Source of the DNA: Alphaproteobacteria bacterium
GTDB lineage: Bacteria > Pseudomonadota > Alphaproteobacteria > SP197
Length of the DNA: 64,000 nucleotides
Direction of reading: 5' to 3'
NCBI GenBank assembly: GCA_965228895.1
Contig: OZ245842.1
Coordinates: 2,903,964-2,967,963 of the forward strand
The notes under the pieces were generated by a model. The model was not told where the DNA came from and searched no databases. It was given only the letters and a program-made list of their open reading frames with translations. Position numbers and translations under genes: made by a program. Below are positions 9,544 through 18,910 of the stretch, one piece after another (position 1 is the first letter of the stretch; the number at the start of each line of letters is the position of its first letter).

Positions 9544-10412
9544 CAATCGCGCACCCCGAGCTTTTCGCCCAACCCGTCGGCCAGCAGGCTGAAGCCGAGC
9601 GCCAGGATGACAATCGCGATACCGGGGAATGTCGTTACCCACCACGCGGTGGTCATGAATTGCTGGCCCTCGGCGATCATAACACCCCATTCCGCGGTCG
9701 GCGGCTGAACACCCAGACCGAGGTAACTGATCGCCGAACCGGCCAGAATGACAATGACGACGTCCGACATCGAGAAGACGATGGATGGCACCAGCGCGTT
9801 GGGCAGGATGTGGCGGAACATGATGCGCCCGTGGCTGTATCCCAGGTTACGCGCGGCCATGACGAACTCGCTGTTCTTCAGGACCAGCACTTGTGATCGG
9901 ACCAAACGGCAATAGGAGACCCAACCGACCAGGGTGACCGCGATATAGAAGCTGTGCAGGCCGGGCTGCAGGATCGAGATGATCGCGAGCATCAAGACGT
10001 AGAACGGGAACGCCATGGTGACGTCCAGAAGACGCATCATCAGGGTGTCGACCCAGCCGCCGAAATAGCCGGAGATCGCGCCCAGCGTGGTGCCCAGCAG
10101 GAACGGGAAGAGCACGGCAAGGATGCCCATCTGAAGATCGATGCGCGTGCCGTGGATGACGCGCGACAAGACGTCACGGCCGTAGTTATCGGTACCCAGC
10201 CAGTGCTCCCAGCTTGGCGGCTGCAGGACAATGGAGAGGTTGTGGGCGTTCGGCGGGAATGGCGCGACCACATCGGCCAGCAGCGCAAGCAAGGCCCAGA
10301 ACAAGACAAGGATGATGCCGAAGCGAAGTGTGAGCGGGAGTCTCGCGAAGGCGCGCCAGTCCGGCAGCCGGGGAAAGGCGCGCGTGCTCGTCCGGCGGTC
10401 GGCGACGCTCAC
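9543..10412 (-). CDS. Peptide ABC transporter permease (DppC/OppC-like)
   Basis: GTG start at 10412 in a GTGA overlap with the upstream permease stop, giving ~290 aa. The long arginine-rich N-terminal extension in the ORF track was rejected. BPD-transporter motifs are present. Confidence 0.8.
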   Translation of the reverse strand: MSVADRRTSTRAFPRLPDWRAFARLPLTLRFGIILVLFWALLALLADVVAPFPPNAHNLSIVLQPPSWEHWLGTDNYGRDVLSRVIHGTRIDLQMGILAVLFPFLLGTTLGAISGYFGGWVDTLMMRLLDVTMAFPFYVLMLAIISILQPGLHSFYIAVTLVGWVSYCRLVRSQVLVLKNSEFVMAARNLGYSHGRIMFRHILPNALVPSIVFSMSDVVIVILAGSAISYLGLGVQPPTAEWGVMIAEGQQFMTTAWWVTTFPGIAIVILALGFSLLADGLGEKLGVRD

Positions 10413-11347
10413 AGCTTGATCCTCGGGTCGAGCGACACGGTCGCGATATCGACAAGAAAGTTGATCAGGACCGTCGCGCAGGCAAAGACCAGCGTGATCA
10501 TCTGCACGATCATGTAGTCGCGCGCGAAAATACTCTGCACCAGTAGCGAGCCGAGACCTGGCACCGAGAACACCGACTCGACGACGACCGTGCCGCCGAT
10601 CAACCAGCCGAGATTGACGCCCAAAAGATTGATCGTCGGGATCAGCGAGTTGCGGAACACGTGACGGACAAAGATCCATCGGGCCGGCAAGCCCTTGGCG
10701 CGCGCCGTCGAGATGTGATCGCTGTCGAGTTCGGCGAGCAGGCTGGCGCGCAGATTACGTGTCAGCACCGCCGAGAGCGCGAGCGCGATGGCGAAGGAGG
10801 GCAAGAAGAGCGAATGCAGGTGGCCGAAGAAGCCCTCGCCGAAGCCGGAGACCGGAAACAGGCCGAGCCAGACGCTGAACACGATCATCAGCATGATGCC
10901 GAGCCAGAACACCGGAAAGCCGAGGCCGGATGTAGAGAGCACGCGTATCAGGTGATCCGGTAACCTCCCCCGATAGAGCGTCGCGACAATGGCGAGCGGT
11001 ATGGTGAAGAGCAGCGCCAGGGTGACGCCATAGCCCAGCAGGAACAGGGTCGCCGGCAGCCGGTCGAAGACGAGCTGTAGGACCGGCACCTTGTAGACCA
11101 CCGAGACTCCCATCTCGCCCTGGGTCAGGTTCTCGAGGAAATAGACGTATTGCAGCCAGACCGGCTGATCGAGCCCGAACTCCGCGCGAATGCGCTCGAT
11201 GGCCTCCGGCGTCGCCTTGCTGCCCAGGAGCGTGCGGACGGGATCGCCGGGGATGCTGTGCACCATGACGAAGGTGACGATCGAAATCCCGAACAGGACG
11301 GGTATGAGTTGGATCGGCCGGCTTAAGATAAACTTGAAGCGGCCCAT
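10409..11347 (-). CDS. Peptide ABC transporter permease (DppB/OppB-like)
   Basis: 312 aa, typical DppB N-terminus (MGRFKFILSRPIQLIPVLFGISIVTF), EAA-loop region. Confidence 0.9.
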   Translation of the reverse strand: MGRFKFILSRPIQLIPVLFGISIVTFVMVHSIPGDPVRTLLGSKATPEAIERIRAEFGLDQPVWLQYVYFLENLTQGEMGVSVVYKVPVLQLVFDRLPATLFLLGYGVTLALLFTIPLAIVATLYRGRLPDHLIRVLSTSGLGFPVFWLGIMLMIVFSVWLGLFPVSGFGEGFFGHLHSLFLPSFAIALALSAVLTRNLRASLLAELDSDHISTARAKGLPARWIFVRHVFRNSLIPTINLLGVNLGWLIGGTVVVESVFSVPGLGSLLVQSIFARDYMIVQMITLVFACATVLINFLVDIATVSLDPRIKL

Positions 11348-11384
11348 CAGCCCCTGCCCGTTGCCGTGGCGTCAGCCCGCATGA

Positions 11385-12275
11385 TCAACGGTTGCGGCCG
11401 AGGAAATCGAGCAGCACCGTAAAGAATGCATCGGGCTCCTCAAAGAACGGCGTGTGGGAGCTGTTGGGGAAGACGTTGAGTTCCGCATTGGGCAGCGCGT
11501 TCTTCATCTTCAGCGAACAGGCCGGCGTCAGCTCGTCGTGCTGGCCGACCATGATCAAGGCCGGACAGGTGATGCGGTGCATGTCGGCCAGCCGGTTCCA
11601 GTCCTTCAAGTTGCCGGTATAGAGGAACTCGTTGGGCCCTTGCATGGTGCCGTAGACGTTCATGTTCCAATCGTTGAGGGAACGCAGCAGCGGCGCCGGA
11701 TACTCCTGCAGACGGCAGACATGACGGTAATTCAGCACCGTGATCGCCGCCTGGTATTCCGGGTGATCGAGCGTGCCCTCGGCCTCGTGGCGCTGCATCA
11801 TCGCGACCGTCTCCGGCCCCAGCGCTTCGCGGTGACGCTCGAGCTCGCCGATCAGATGCGGCATGTCGCCGCAGGTGTTTTCCAGAATGACCGTCTTCAG
11901 ATTGTCGGGATAGGTGACGCCGTATTCGATGGAGAGCCAGCCGCCCCACGACTGCCCGACCAGATGCACCTTGCCGAGGTCGAGCGCCTTGCGGACCGTC
12001 TCGACCTCCTCGACATAACGCGTGATGGTCCACAGCGATTTGTCGTCGGGCTTGTCGGACTTGCCGCAACCCAACTGGTCGAAGGCGACGACACGGTAAC
12101 CGTGATCGGAGAGAAACGAGTGGCTGTCGCGCACATAGTCGCACGGCAGGCCGGGCCCGCCGTTCAGGCACAGCAGCACATCATCGCCGCTGCCGAAGCT
12201 ATAGGTAACGACCTTGTAGCCATCGACCTCGACGTCAACGACAGCGTCGGCTTCCTTCTCGTACCACATGCGCAC
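11385..12275 (-). CDS. pip: Proline iminopeptidase (alpha/beta hydrolase, S33 family)
   Basis: 296 aa with a nucleophile elbow GQSWGG and prolyl-aminopeptidase-like N-terminal region. It lies immediately upstream of the peptide ABC transporter genes on the same strand. Confidence 0.85.
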   Translation of the reverse strand: MRMWYEKEADAVVDVEVDGYKVVTYSFGSGDDVLLCLNGGPGLPCDYVRDSHSFLSDHGYRVVAFDQLGCGKSDKPDDKSLWTITRYVEEVETVRKALDLGKVHLVGQSWGGWLSIEYGVTYPDNLKTVILENTCGDMPHLIGELERHREALGPETVAMMQRHEAEGTLDHPEYQAAITVLNYRHVCRLQEYPAPLLRSLNDWNMNVYGTMQGPNEFLYTGNLKDWNRLADMHRITCPALIMVGQHDELTPACSLKMKNALPNAELNVFPNSSHTPFFEEPDAFFTVLLDFLGRNR

Positions 12276-12357
12276 CCTCCCCGGCTTGGCCGTCGCACGA
12301 CGGCGGCGAAAGCTTGGGGCGGAGATCGTGTGAGGTCAAGGGAACGGCGCAGTGACT

Positions 12358-14496
12358 TCAAGACTGCGACGCGCACCACTCGCGCCACATGTGGCGTAAC
12401 GCCGCCTCGAAGTCCCTGGTGTAACGATCGATATCCCACGCGGGCCGGGCCAACAGGCGCTCTCGCAAACCGCGCTTCAGCGATAGCAATGCAGCACGAT
12501 CTTGTGCCTTGGCGGCAGCAATCTCGATGTAAGCGTCATCGTCATCTGCGATCCAGTCGTCCAACCCGGCGGCATTCATGAAACTGGCACCCATGCGCTG
12601 AGAGAAGTTGCCCCCTCTTTTCGTCACAACGGGTACACCCATCCACATGGCCTGCAACGTTGTTACGCCGCCTGTTACGGGAACGGGATCGAGGCCAATG
12701 TCGATGCTGGCGTATTCCGACATCATGGCCAGAAGCGGCCGCTCGCCTCGAAGAATGAGCTGTTCGAAACCAATGCCTTCATTCTCGAAGAGGTCTTTGT
12801 AGCGGTTGACGACTCCCGGATCGCCCAAACCCTTGCAGGCGAGGAGCAGGCGCGACTCAGCAACCCGCTTTAGAACGCGCGACCACAAGCGAACGGTCGA
12901 CATTGTGAGACTTTCAATATCGTTGAAAGATCCGAAAGTAAGTGGACGATCTCGATAGCGATCTGTGAAGTCTGGAAGCTGGTAGTCGGCATCTGGTGCA
13001 TAGCAAAAAACCGTATTGGGAAGTCGCACAACTTTCTCGGAGTAAAGCTCGTCATGCTCGGGCGGAGCGACGACGTTGTCGGCGATAATCCACCCCATAT
13101 TGGGCACACCGGTCGTTCCAGGGTAGCCGAGATATGTCGTCTGAACTGGCGCAAGATTCTGGAAGATAAGAACCATGGCGTTGTGATTCGTATGCCCGGC
13201 CAGATCGACCATGATGTCTATGCGATCTTCCTCGACCCGACGTCTGAACTCGCCACGAAAGATTGCAGGGATTGGTCGCCAAGCATCGACTTGCGAGATG
13301 GCACGCCGTGTCTCCGCGTCATAGGCGGCACCCGTCTTGTAGAATGTCGTATGGAAAAGTCGGGGATCGAGCCGCCTCAAGATTGGCTGCATAAGCTCAT
13401 TGATGCGGCTTTCGCGGCGCAAATCTGACGTCATGAAACCGACACGGATTTGTCGTTCGGGGTCGGGGTTGTTGGGAAACGGTTCGCGGCGTTGGATCCA
13501 TGTGTTCAGGAACTCCAACAGTTCGACATGCAGATCTGAAATCTCAGCAGGATTTAGGTGTTCGCTGTACAACGACATCGTCGCAGCATCCGAAGTCACG
13601 GCGGTAAAACCCTTCTTGGCTCTGCTCTCGTAGATCTTGAATGCTCTCGCCGTATCACCGGTCTTGGCAGCGATTGAGCCATTTAGCTCAGTCTCGTGCA
13701 GGCTGAGATCGGATGCTGACTCCTCGATCTCATTCATTGCCTCGGTCAGTGCGCCGCTATCAACCATCATGCGAACCAGAAGATAACGGGCGCTTCGCCT
13801 ATCGTGCTTGAGTTCGGCCTCGCGTCGCAACGCAGCAAACGCACTGTCATAAAGTCCGCTGCGGAACGCAATTCTTGCCGCACGTTCATGAGCGTAGTCA
13901 TCGTCAGATAGAAGCACTTCATCAAACACACATCGCGCTTCGCGGACCAGACCAACCTGCGCCAACGCGTCACCGAGTTCGATCAGAGTATGCGCGACAA
14001 CTTTCTGGGCGTTGTCATCGACCACCTGACGCGCGAACTCCAAGGATCGACGGAAGCATTCGATAGCACAACCCGGTCTGCCAATATGAAGTCGGGTGCG
14101 GCCGATGCTTCGATGTACATTGGCGAGGTCCTTGGCGTCTTCGCCCGCTGTGGCGATGGTAAGATAGTACTGGGCGGCAGCTTGTTCGATACGTCCGACG
14201 TCCTCCAAACAGGACACGTAGGACAACCTCGCCCTCCAGCGCGTATCGTCCAAGAGCAATGCTTGTTCGTAACACAACATCGCGCTCTCTCGAGCACGAA
14301 GGCACACATAAGTGCCCGCTAACTCCAACCAATCGTCCACGCTCTGACGATTCGATCGAAGGCGATCCACGTAATCATCGCGAAACCGCTCCAGCTCTGC
14401 CCTGGAAGCGCGGGCACGAACGAGAACCATGTCTCGAGACGAGTCAGTTCTATCCGCCGCCGTATCTGGCGTCGGCGGCTTTATCGCGTCACTCAT
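12358..14496 (-). CDS. TPR-repeat protein with C-terminal GT41 O-GlcNAc-transferase-like catalytic domain
   Basis: The C-terminal half matches the OGT catalytic-domain pattern (RVGFMTSDLRRES..., DIMVDLAGHTNHN..., YLGYPGTTGVPNMGWIIADN..., YSEKVVRLP). The N-terminal half is TPR-like. Start taken at ATG 14496. The GC content over about 12870-14400 is visibly lower than the flanks. Confidence 0.8.
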   Translation of the reverse strand: MSDAIKPPTPDTAADRTDSSRDMVLVRARASRAELERFRDDYVDRLRSNRQSVDDWLELAGTYVCLRARESAMLCYEQALLLDDTRWRARLSYVSCLEDVGRIEQAAAQYYLTIATAGEDAKDLANVHRSIGRTRLHIGRPGCAIECFRRSLEFARQVVDDNAQKVVAHTLIELGDALAQVGLVREARCVFDEVLLSDDDYAHERAARIAFRSGLYDSAFAALRREAELKHDRRSARYLLVRMMVDSGALTEAMNEIEESASDLSLHETELNGSIAAKTGDTARAFKIYESRAKKGFTAVTSDAATMSLYSEHLNPAEISDLHVELLEFLNTWIQRREPFPNNPDPERQIRVGFMTSDLRRESRINELMQPILRRLDPRLFHTTFYKTGAAYDAETRRAISQVDAWRPIPAIFRGEFRRRVEEDRIDIMVDLAGHTNHNAMVLIFQNLAPVQTTYLGYPGTTGVPNMGWIIADNVVAPPEHDELYSEKVVRLPNTVFCYAPDADYQLPDFTDRYRDRPLTFGSFNDIESLTMSTVRLWSRVLKRVAESRLLLACKGLGDPGVVNRYKDLFENEGIGFEQLILRGERPLLAMMSEYASIDIGLDPVPVTGGVTTLQAMWMGVPVVTKRGGNFSQRMGASFMNAAGLDDWIADDDDAYIEIAAAKAQDRAALLSLKRGLRERLLARPAWDIDRYTRDFEAALRHMWREWCASQS

Positions 14497-14619
14497 GGTC
14501 GAAAATCCAAGTCTTGCGACGACCGGCGGAATCTCAAATCGGGAGAGTTCTCCAAACCGGCAAGCCGCCGCGGTATGGACTACAGGTTGCACCTGCGGCG
14601 TGTCAAGCACGCCATGGTA

Positions 14620-15600
14620 TTAGGTCTCCGTGGACGTGACCGTCACCGGCGCCGGCAAGACCTGGAAGTAAGGATGCACCGGCGCGTCCTTTGGCTTGAC
14701 GAAAAAACGCCGGGCGAGTTCGCGGTAGCCGTTCTGCACGAAGCCGCCGTTTTCGGCCAGCACCTCGTCGCGTTGTTCGCGATAGCGCGCCGGCAGTTCG
14801 TACCACGGGCGGCCGGGCTCGCGGTGATGGACGGCGTGCAGGTTGTTGTTGAGGAACAACAGTGCCAGCGGCCACTCCGCTTCGTTGATCACCGTGCGGT
14901 GGCCGACCTGTTCAGCCGGGCGGTGTTCGGCGTAGGAGCGCAGCAAGGTCAGCGCCATACCGGGATAGGCAAAGAACAGCAGATACGCCCAGACCGGAAT
15001 GCCGCAAACCGCGATCACCCAGGTCAACACGAGAGCGACGCCGACAAAATGCAGTAGCCAGGCAACCATCTGTTCTCTGTCGCCCTGCATGAAGCTGATG
15101 ACGGCCGCACGATAGAGCCAGAAGGTCGTGACGAACGGCCCGACGATCAGGCGGCCGGCCAAGGTGCTGAGCACCCAGCGCAGGCCACGCCCCACGGCAC
15201 CCATTGATTCCCAGGCGTCCGGTGTTGCGTAACAGCTTTCCGGATCCTTGATCGGACACGTCAATTGCTGGTCGCGATGGTGAGTCAGATGGCTCTCGCG
15301 GTAGACCCGGTAGGGATACCAGAGAGACAGCGACGGAAAGACGATGAGTTCGTTGACGAGGTCATTGCGCGTCGGGTGGCCGTGGACGGCCTCATGCTGC
15401 AACGACCCGTGCCAAGCGCAGAGCCAGCCGCCAAGCAGGAAAACCAGCCAGCCCGGCAGGACATCATAACTCCAGGTAACCGCGAACCAGCCGAGGTAGA
15501 TGACCACGACCAGCGCCCATGTCGGCACCTCATGACGGCGCCAAAAGTTCGGCACATCAAGGCTGATGGGTCTGTTATGTCGCGCGCTCGTTCCTGACAT
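14620..15600 (-). CDS. Membrane fatty-acid desaturase family protein
   Basis: Three histidine boxes (HEAVHGH, HLTHH, HAVHH) and multiple TM helices. Start at ATG 15600. Confidence 0.85.
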   Translation of the reverse strand: MSGTSARHNRPISLDVPNFWRRHEVPTWALVVVIYLGWFAVTWSYDVLPGWLVFLLGGWLCAWHGSLQHEAVHGHPTRNDLVNELIVFPSLSLWYPYRVYRESHLTHHRDQQLTCPIKDPESCYATPDAWESMGAVGRGLRWVLSTLAGRLIVGPFVTTFWLYRAAVISFMQGDREQMVAWLLHFVGVALVLTWVIAVCGIPVWAYLLFFAYPGMALTLLRSYAEHRPAEQVGHRTVINEAEWPLALLFLNNNLHAVHHREPGRPWYELPARYREQRDEVLAENGGFVQNGYRELARRFFVKPKDAPVHPYFQVLPAPVTVTSTET

Positions 15601-15617
15601 GACCCTGTCATGTTTCC

Positions 15618-15629
15618 CCGTGATCACGG
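15618..15629. promoter_or_regulatory. Perfect 12-bp palindrome ccgtgatcacgg flanked by tgtcatg direct repeats in the desaturase/XRE divergent promoter
   Basis: Seen directly in the 108-nt divergent intergenic region. Candidate operator for the adjacent XRE regulator. Confidence 0.3.
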
Positions 15630-15708
15630 TTTTGTCATGATGGGAATGCGCAGATTCCGAGACGATTAGTCACCAAGTGCGACATTTTGTGATAAAACAC
15701 AGCATCTG

Positions 15709-16593
15709 TTGGAAAAAGAGGATAGTGTGACGACGTTACGCTACGACCGACGAGAGACCGTCAGGATCTTTCGGGATCGCCTGCAGGCGGTATTGGAGCA
15801 AGGCCAGTTCAGCCAGTCGGCGTTCGCCCAGCGCATAGGCATCGACCGTTCGACGCTGTCGCAATTGCTGTCGCCCCATAACGACCGCCTGCCGCGCGCC
15901 GATACGGTGGCGGCGATGGCGTTGGCCGGTCAGGTCAGTGTCGACTGGCTGTTGGGTTTGAGCCAGGACGAGACCGGCGACGAGGCTATTGTCGGCCAGC
16001 CCCTGGAGATCGCACGCGAAGCCTGGGACCCCGCCAACGAACGGCTGACCGTGTGGCACGCGGAAGCCGCCGGCTACAAGATCCGCTATGTGCCGAGTAC
16101 CCTGCCCGACCTCCTGAAGACCGACGCGGTGACGGAGTTCGAATACGAACCGAGCCAGGGCATGACCGTGAACGAGGCCGCTACCACGGCGCAATCAAGG
16201 CTCGACTATTCGCGCCGGCCCGAGACCGATATCGAAGCCTGCAGTTCGTTCCAGTCGGTTGAGGGTTTTGCCCGCGGCGAAGGCATCTGGCGCGACCTGC
16301 CGGCCCAGGCGCGGCGCGAACAACTGACCCAGTTGGCCGATTTGTCGGAGGAGCTCTACCCGACCTTCCGCTGGTTCCTGTTCGACGCGCTCGAACGCTA
16401 CGTGCCGCCGATCACGGTGTTTGGCCCATTGCGCGCCATTCTCTATGCCGGCGAGGTCTATTTCATCTTCAACGCGACCGAACACATCCGGCTCCTCACC
16501 GAACATTTCGATTCGCTGATCCGTTCGGCCGTGGTACAGCCGAACGAGCTGCCGCAATACGTTCGCGACCTCATGGGAGAGATCGATGGCTGA
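15709..16593 (+). CDS. XRE-family helix-turn-helix transcriptional regulator with ~220 aa C-terminal domain
   Basis: HTH segment QSAFAQRIGIDRSTLSQLL near the N-terminus. It is divergent from the desaturase gene, and its stop overlaps the start of the downstream GFA gene. Confidence 0.75.
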   Translation: MEKEDSVTTLRYDRRETVRIFRDRLQAVLEQGQFSQSAFAQRIGIDRSTLSQLLSPHNDRLPRADTVAAMALAGQVSVDWLLGLSQDETGDEAIVGQPLEIAREAWDPANERLTVWHAEAAGYKIRYVPSTLPDLLKTDAVTEFEYEPSQGMTVNEAATTAQSRLDYSRRPETDIEACSSFQSVEGFARGEGIWRDLPAQARREQLTQLADLSEELYPTFRWFLFDALERYVPPITVFGPLRAILYAGEVYFIFNATEHIRLLTEHFDSLIRSAVVQPNELPQYVRDLMGEIDG

Positions 16594-17008
16594 GCCCACA
16601 AAACCCATGCGCGGCGGTTGCCTGTGCGGCGCCGTGCGTTATGAGATCGACGGCCCGTTGCGCGATGTCGTCACCTGCCATTGCGGCCAGTGCCTGAAGA
16701 CCCACGGCAACTACGCCGCCTATAGCGCCACCGACAAAACGAACCTGCGGCTGATCGAGGACCGCGGCCTCGCCTGGTACGATTCCTCCGACAAGGCCAA
16801 GCGCGGCTTTTGCCGGGAGTGCGGCGCGAGCCTGTTCTGGGAACCCAGCTTCGCCGACTATGTCGCGGTCTCCGCCGGTTCGATGGAGGGACCGACCGGG
16901 TTGAAAGTCACGCGGCATATCTTCACCCGGGACAAGCCGGACTGGTACGAGATTACCGATGGCAAGGACGAGGTCCTGGAAAGCATGTACACGTCGGACA
17001 CCGGATGA
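16586..17008 (+). CDS. GFA-family (CENP-V/glutathione-dependent formaldehyde-activating enzyme-like) zinc protein
   Basis: Cys motifs CLCGAVRY...CHCGQC...CRECG. The ATGGCTGA start overlaps the XRE stop. Confidence 0.85.
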   Translation: MAEPTKPMRGGCLCGAVRYEIDGPLRDVVTCHCGQCLKTHGNYAAYSATDKTNLRLIEDRGLAWYDSSDKAKRGFCRECGASLFWEPSFADYVAVSAGSMEGPTGLKVTRHIFTRDKPDWYEITDGKDEVLESMYTSDTG

Positions 17009-17808
17009 TCGCCGGCCTGCCCATGTACGCGCTGCCAGAGGTTCAGGCGGCGACCGATGCATGGTGGCAGGGCTTGGCGCGGGCGTTTCGTGCCGCCGGT
17101 CTCGACGACGTGCCGGACGGTCTGGATCAAGACGGCGACCGGCTGCAACACTGGGCTTCGCCCGATCTGCTGTTGTCGCAGAGCTGCGGCTATCCGCTCA
17201 GGCACGACTTTGCCGATCACCTGCAGCCCGTCGCAACGCCATGTTACCGGGCCGAAGGCTGCGACGGCCCGACCTATCTGAGCGTGATCATCGTCGCCCA
17301 GGACAATCCGGCTGGCGCGATCACCGACCTGCGCGGCCAACGCGCGGCGATCAACGGCTGGGACTCCCAATCGGGCATGAGCGCGCTGCGCGCCGTGGTC
17401 GCGCCCCACCACCGCGACGGGCGTTTCTTTGGCGAGGTCATGGTCTCCGGCGGCCATGGGCTCAGCCTCGCGGCGGTGCGCGAGGGCAAGGCCGATGTGG
17501 CGGCGATCGACTGCGTGACCTTCGCGCTTGTCCTGCGTCACGCACCCGCCATGGTCGACGGCGTCAGGGTTCTCATGCGGTCACCGGCGGTACCGGCCCT
17601 GCCCTACGTCACCCATATCGGTCACCCCGCCGAGACGGTCGCGAAGCTGCAAAACGGGCTGGCCGCCGCCATCGCCAACCCGGACCTCGCGGGCGCCCGC
17701 GACACGCTTTTGATCGAGGATTTCGCCGTTCTGACGGTCGACGATTACGCGCCAATCGACGCGATGCAGGACGAGGCGATCGCGCGAGGTTACCCACAAA
17801 TCGCCTAA
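17005..17808 (+). CDS. PhnD/SsuA/transferrin-family substrate-binding-domain protein (no signal peptide)
   Basis: Start at ATG 17005 (ATGA overlap with the GFA stop), MIAGLPMYALPEVQAATDAWW.... The 65-aa upstream extension in the ORF track was rejected. The phosphonate-binding-like fold is assigned by pattern only. Confidence 0.65.
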   Translation: MIAGLPMYALPEVQAATDAWWQGLARAFRAAGLDDVPDGLDQDGDRLQHWASPDLLLSQSCGYPLRHDFADHLQPVATPCYRAEGCDGPTYLSVIIVAQDNPAGAITDLRGQRAAINGWDSQSGMSALRAVVAPHHRDGRFFGEVMVSGGHGLSLAAVREGKADVAAIDCVTFALVLRHAPAMVDGVRVLMRSPAVPALPYVTHIGHPAETVAKLQNGLAAAIANPDLAGARDTLLIEDFAVLTVDDYAPIDAMQDEAIARGYPQIA

Positions 17809-17938
17809 CACTACACTATCTTGTGGATGAACATTGTTCACGGCCGCAACATCTGTCTTTCTTCTGTATAAGTCAGATTATGCTTGAATCTCATTGAGTT
17901 AGACGTGACCCTTCACGTGGGAGTTCAAAGGGGAACGT

Positions 17939-18604
17939 TTGTACACCATGAGTGCCAAGCACCAGGCGCCACGACTGGCGGGCGCGTATTCTGTCATCTA
18001 CGCCGACCCGCCGTGGAACTTCGCGACATACTCAAGAAAAGGTCGGGGCAGGAGCGCCCACGCCCATTACGACTGCATGTCGCAAGCCGAACTCGAGGCA
18101 CTGCCCGTTGCGGACTGGGCGGCGGATGACGCCGCTCTTTTGATGTGGATTACCGACCCGCACCTGCCCCGCGCCTTCGAGCTGATCGAGGCCTGGGGTT
18201 TCACCTACAAGACGGTCGGATTCTACTGGGCCAAGCTGAACCGCTCGGCATCGGCCGATCAGTTCAGCGAAGACGATTTCTTTACCGGTATGGGTTACTG
18301 GACACGGGCCAATGCCGAACAATGCCTGCTGGCGACACGCGGCTCGCCAAAGCGACAAGGGCGTGACGTCCGGCGCCTGCTGGTCTCGCCGCGGCGCGAA
18401 CACAGCCGCAAGCCGGACGAGGCCTATGGCCGCATCGAGCGGCTGATGGACGGGCCTTATCTCGAGATGTTTGCCCGCACGACCCGGCCCGGCTGGGACA
18501 GCTGGGGCAACCAGGCCGGCCTGTTCGACGCCGGCGAGGTCGCCACCCGCCGCTGGGCCTCCAACCTCAAGAAACACCCGCAGCCCGCGGCGTCGCTGCG
18601 CTAA
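17939..18604 (+). CDS. MT-A70-family N6-adenine DNA methyltransferase (DPPW motif), orphan
   Basis: VIYADPPWNF catalytic motif and family-typical length (221 aa). It is preceded by a 130-nt AT-rich region. No restriction endonuclease gene is adjacent. Confidence 0.8.
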   Translation: MYTMSAKHQAPRLAGAYSVIYADPPWNFATYSRKGRGRSAHAHYDCMSQAELEALPVADWAADDAALLMWITDPHLPRAFELIEAWGFTYKTVGFYWAKLNRSASADQFSEDDFFTGMGYWTRANAEQCLLATRGSPKRQGRDVRRLLVSPRREHSRKPDEAYGRIERLMDGPYLEMFARTTRPGWDSWGNQAGLFDAGEVATRRWASNLKKHPQPAASLR

Positions 18605-18610
18605 GCGCCG

Positions 18611-18910
18611 TCAGCCCGCCGACGTCACGACATCGTTGACGTTGACGAGGGCGGCCAGGCACCGGGCGATATAGAGGCCCGTTTCCGGCTCCAGGTCGTC
18701 GACCTGGACGTCGATCTGTAGTTCGGCGCGCGGGCCATCGACGACGGCGCTGTGCCAGCGGGTCGGCACCAAATCGCGCTTGGCGAACTGCTCGAGCACG
18801 CGCGGCATGACGCACGGCTCGGGAGCGGCATAGACGGCAAAATGGAAACGTTGGGATTGGCGGGCGCTCAGGGCGGCGCCGGCGGCGAAATCAGATGAAA
18901 CGGTCGACAT
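18611..18910 (-). CDS. Hypothetical protein (~99 aa)
   Basis: Convergent with the MT-A70 gene. Start taken at ATG 18910. No recognisable motif. Confidence 0.4.
   Translation of the reverse strand: MSTVSSDFAAGAALSARQSQRFHFAVYAAPEPCVMPRVLEQFAKRDLVPTRWHSAVVDGPRAELQIDVQVDDLEPETGLYIARCLAALVNVNDVVTSAG

Noticed and set aside
8605-9708. 367-aa plus-strand ORF antisense to the ABC ATPase gene
   Set aside because: Antisense to a well-supported ATPase gene. It has no motifs and a GC-rich, low-complexity (R/A/G) translation.
11454-12581. 375-aa plus-strand ORF antisense to the pip gene and the 3-prime end of the OGT-like gene
   Set aside because: Antisense shadow ORF in GC-rich DNA with an R/A/G-rich translation.
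16810-17004. 65-aa N-terminal extension of the PhnD-like ORF in the track
   Set aside because: The extension overlaps the GFA gene out of frame and is Arg-rich. The ATG at 17005 in an ATGA overlap with the GFA stop is a far better start.
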